This document shows, one piece after another, positions 16,187-17,619 of a stretch of DNA of 17,619 bases. Made by a program: the position numbers and the translations under genes. The notes beneath the pieces were generated by a model. The model saw only the letters and a list, made by a program, of their open reading frames with translations, had not been told where the DNA came from and searched no databases. The stretch comes from Pedosphaera sp. Lineage in GTDB: Bacteria; Verrucomicrobiota; Verrucomicrobiia; Limisphaerales; SIBH01. Location: assembly GCA_031414955.1 (NCBI GenBank), contig JANOQV010000010.1, forward strand, positions 1-17,619, read 5' to 3'. Numbering within the stretch: the first letter of the stretch is position 1; each line of letters starts with the position of its first letter.

Positions 16187-16804
16187 ATGAAAGCCATCAC
16201 CGCCTTGCTCACCGCCTCCGTGCTCTCGTCTTTCGCCGCGCAACTGGATCTGGCGGACGGCAAGTCCTTCAAAGGCTGGGTGGGCGACACCACCAAGACC
16301 TGGCGCCTCGAGGACGGCGCGTTCGTCGGCGGCTCGCTCAAGGAGAAAGTGCCGCGCAATGAATTCCTGCGCACGGAACAGCAGTTCACCAATTTCATCC
16401 TGCGGGTGAAGTTCAAGCTCGCCGGCACCAATGGTTTCATCAACGGCGGCGTGCAGATTCGCAGCCAGCCGGCCAAGAACCCGACCAACGAGATGGTCGG
16501 CTACCAGTGCGATCTGGGCGAGGGCTGGTGGGGCGCGCTCTATGATGAATCACGCCGCAACAAGGTGCTGGTGAAGCCCGATCCGGCCGTCGTGGAGAAG
16601 GCGCTCAAGCGCGGCGAATGGAATGAGTATTTGATCCGCGCCCGCGGCAAACGAATCCAGACCTCGATCAACGGTGTGCTCATGATTGATTACACGGAGA
16701 CGGACGAGACCCTGCCGCAATACGGACTCATCGGCCTCCAAGTCCACGGCGGCGGCATGGCCGAGGCGAGTTACAAGGACATCAACCTCCAGGCGCAGCC
16801 TTAA
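16187..16804 (+). CDS. DUF1080 (3-keto-disaccharide hydrolase family) exported protein
   Basis: 'DGKSFKGW', 'FTNFILRVKFK', 'NGGVQIRS', 'GYQCD', 'GEWNEY', 'GLIGLQVHGG', 'YKDI'. Start set at ATG 16187 (MKAITALL signal peptide). Confidence 0.9.
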   Translation: MKAITALLTASVLSSFAAQLDLADGKSFKGWVGDTTKTWRLEDGAFVGGSLKEKVPRNEFLRTEQQFTNFILRVKFKLAGTNGFINGGVQIRSQPAKNPTNEMVGYQCDLGEGWWGALYDESRRNKVLVKPDPAVVEKALKRGEWNEYLIRARGKRIQTSINGVLMIDYTETDETLPQYGLIGLQVHGGGMAEASYKDINLQAQP

Positions 16805-16813
16805 CCCACGCCC

Positions 16814-17521
16814 ATGTCCAGCCTGCTCATTCGTGAAATGCTGGCCCAAGACCGGCCACGCGAGCGGCTGGTGGAGCACGGCGCCGACGCGCTGCGCAAC
16901 GCGGAACTCATCGCCATCCTCCTCCGCACCGGCATGAAGGGCGTGTCCGCCATCCAGATCGCCGAGCAACTGCTCCAGAAGTTCAGTTCCCTCGACGGCC
17001 TGGCCCGCGCCTCGCTCAAGGAACTCGCCCAGGTGAAAGGCATCGGCCGCGACAAGGCCATCGCGCTGAAGAGCGCCTTCACCCTCGCCCAACGCATGGC
17101 GAGGGAGATGCGCGGCGAAGCGCCCATGCTCGACACGCCCGAGAGCATTGCCGAGCTTTTGCGCGAGGAGAACCGCTTCTACGAGGTGGAGACGTTTCAG
17201 TCCGTGCTGCTCAACACCCGCCGTCGCCTCATCCGCGTGGAACAAATCTCACAAGGCACGCTCGACACCATTCTCGTGCATCCACGTGAAGTCTTCCGTG
17301 GGGCTATCTCTGCCAATGCGGCAGCGCTCATCATCGTTCACAATCACCCCAGCGGCGATCCGACACCGAGCGAGGCTGACATCAAGGCCACGCGTGATCT
17401 GATCCGGGCCGGACAGTTGCTGAAGATCGAGGTGCTGGACCATATCATCCTCGGACGCGCCACCGCCGACCGGCCGAAGGATTACGCCTCCCTGCGCGAG
17501 CTGGGCTACTTCTATTCCTGA
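16814..17521 (+). CDS. radC: RadC-family JAB-domain protein (UPF0758)
   Basis: RPRERL, ELIAILLRTG, HhH 'VKGIG', VHPREVF, HNHPSGDPTPSEAD JAMM motif, LDHIILG. Confidence 0.96.
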   Translation: MSSLLIREMLAQDRPRERLVEHGADALRNAELIAILLRTGMKGVSAIQIAEQLLQKFSSLDGLARASLKELAQVKGIGRDKAIALKSAFTLAQRMAREMRGEAPMLDTPESIAELLREENRFYEVETFQSVLLNTRRRLIRVEQISQGTLDTILVHPREVFRGAISANAAALIIVHNHPSGDPTPSEADIKATRDLIRAGQLLKIEVLDHIILGRATADRPKDYASLRELGYFYS

Positions 17522-17619
17522 GAGCCTGTCTGAAAAGTCATTTGGACGGCGCAGGTCACTGGCCCCGGAGTGCGCCCGTCTTCGGGCGCAACAACGCGGA
17601 AAAGGCGGCCGGTGTGGAT
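17522..17619 (+). mobile_element. Left arm of TIR+REP miniature element starting directly after the radC stop codon (truncated by window end)
   Basis: 17521-17593 aligns ungapped to 1121-1193 at 58/73 identity by hand count. Begins GAGCCTGTCTGAAAAGTC right after TGA (17519-17521). REP hairpin at 17566-17593. Confidence 0.75.

Noticed and set aside
16814..17521. radC as a marker of an ICE, prophage or defence island
   Set aside because: It is the full-length chromosomal form with HhH region, and there are no integrase, conjugation or defence genes in the window.
1..17619. Whole window as a composite transposon bounded by element copies
   Set aside because: The cargo is housekeeping genes, no transposase is present, and the flanking trinucleotides differ (TAA vs TGA). 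Independent insertions are more parsimonious.

Overview
GC-rich bacterial chromosomal window. Gene content and style suggest Verrucomicrobiota (Pedosphaera/Limisphaerales-like); this is inference. There are twelve credible CDSs: an AsmA-like membrane-anchored protein, hom, thrC, a DUF3352-like exported protein, a plant-type LeuC without adjacent leuD, a two-module FG-GAP/ASPIC-UnbV protein, PhoD, a TolA-like Ala/Lys/Glu-rich exported protein, a DinB-like protein, a small Gly-rich exported protein, DUF1080 and radC. No rRNA, tRNA, CRISPR or transposase was seen. The most notable non-coding structure is a small non-autonomous element present three times. The complete copy (1122-1298) is bounded by a TCA direct repeat, and partial copies run off both window ends, one starting immediately after the radC TGA. 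It combines IS5/IS1031-like terminal inverted repeats with nested GGAG-type REP-like hairpins. Also seen: heptamer tandem repeats inside protein linkers, and sigma70-like promoters sitting 8-10 nt from start codons, suggesting near-leaderless mRNAs.
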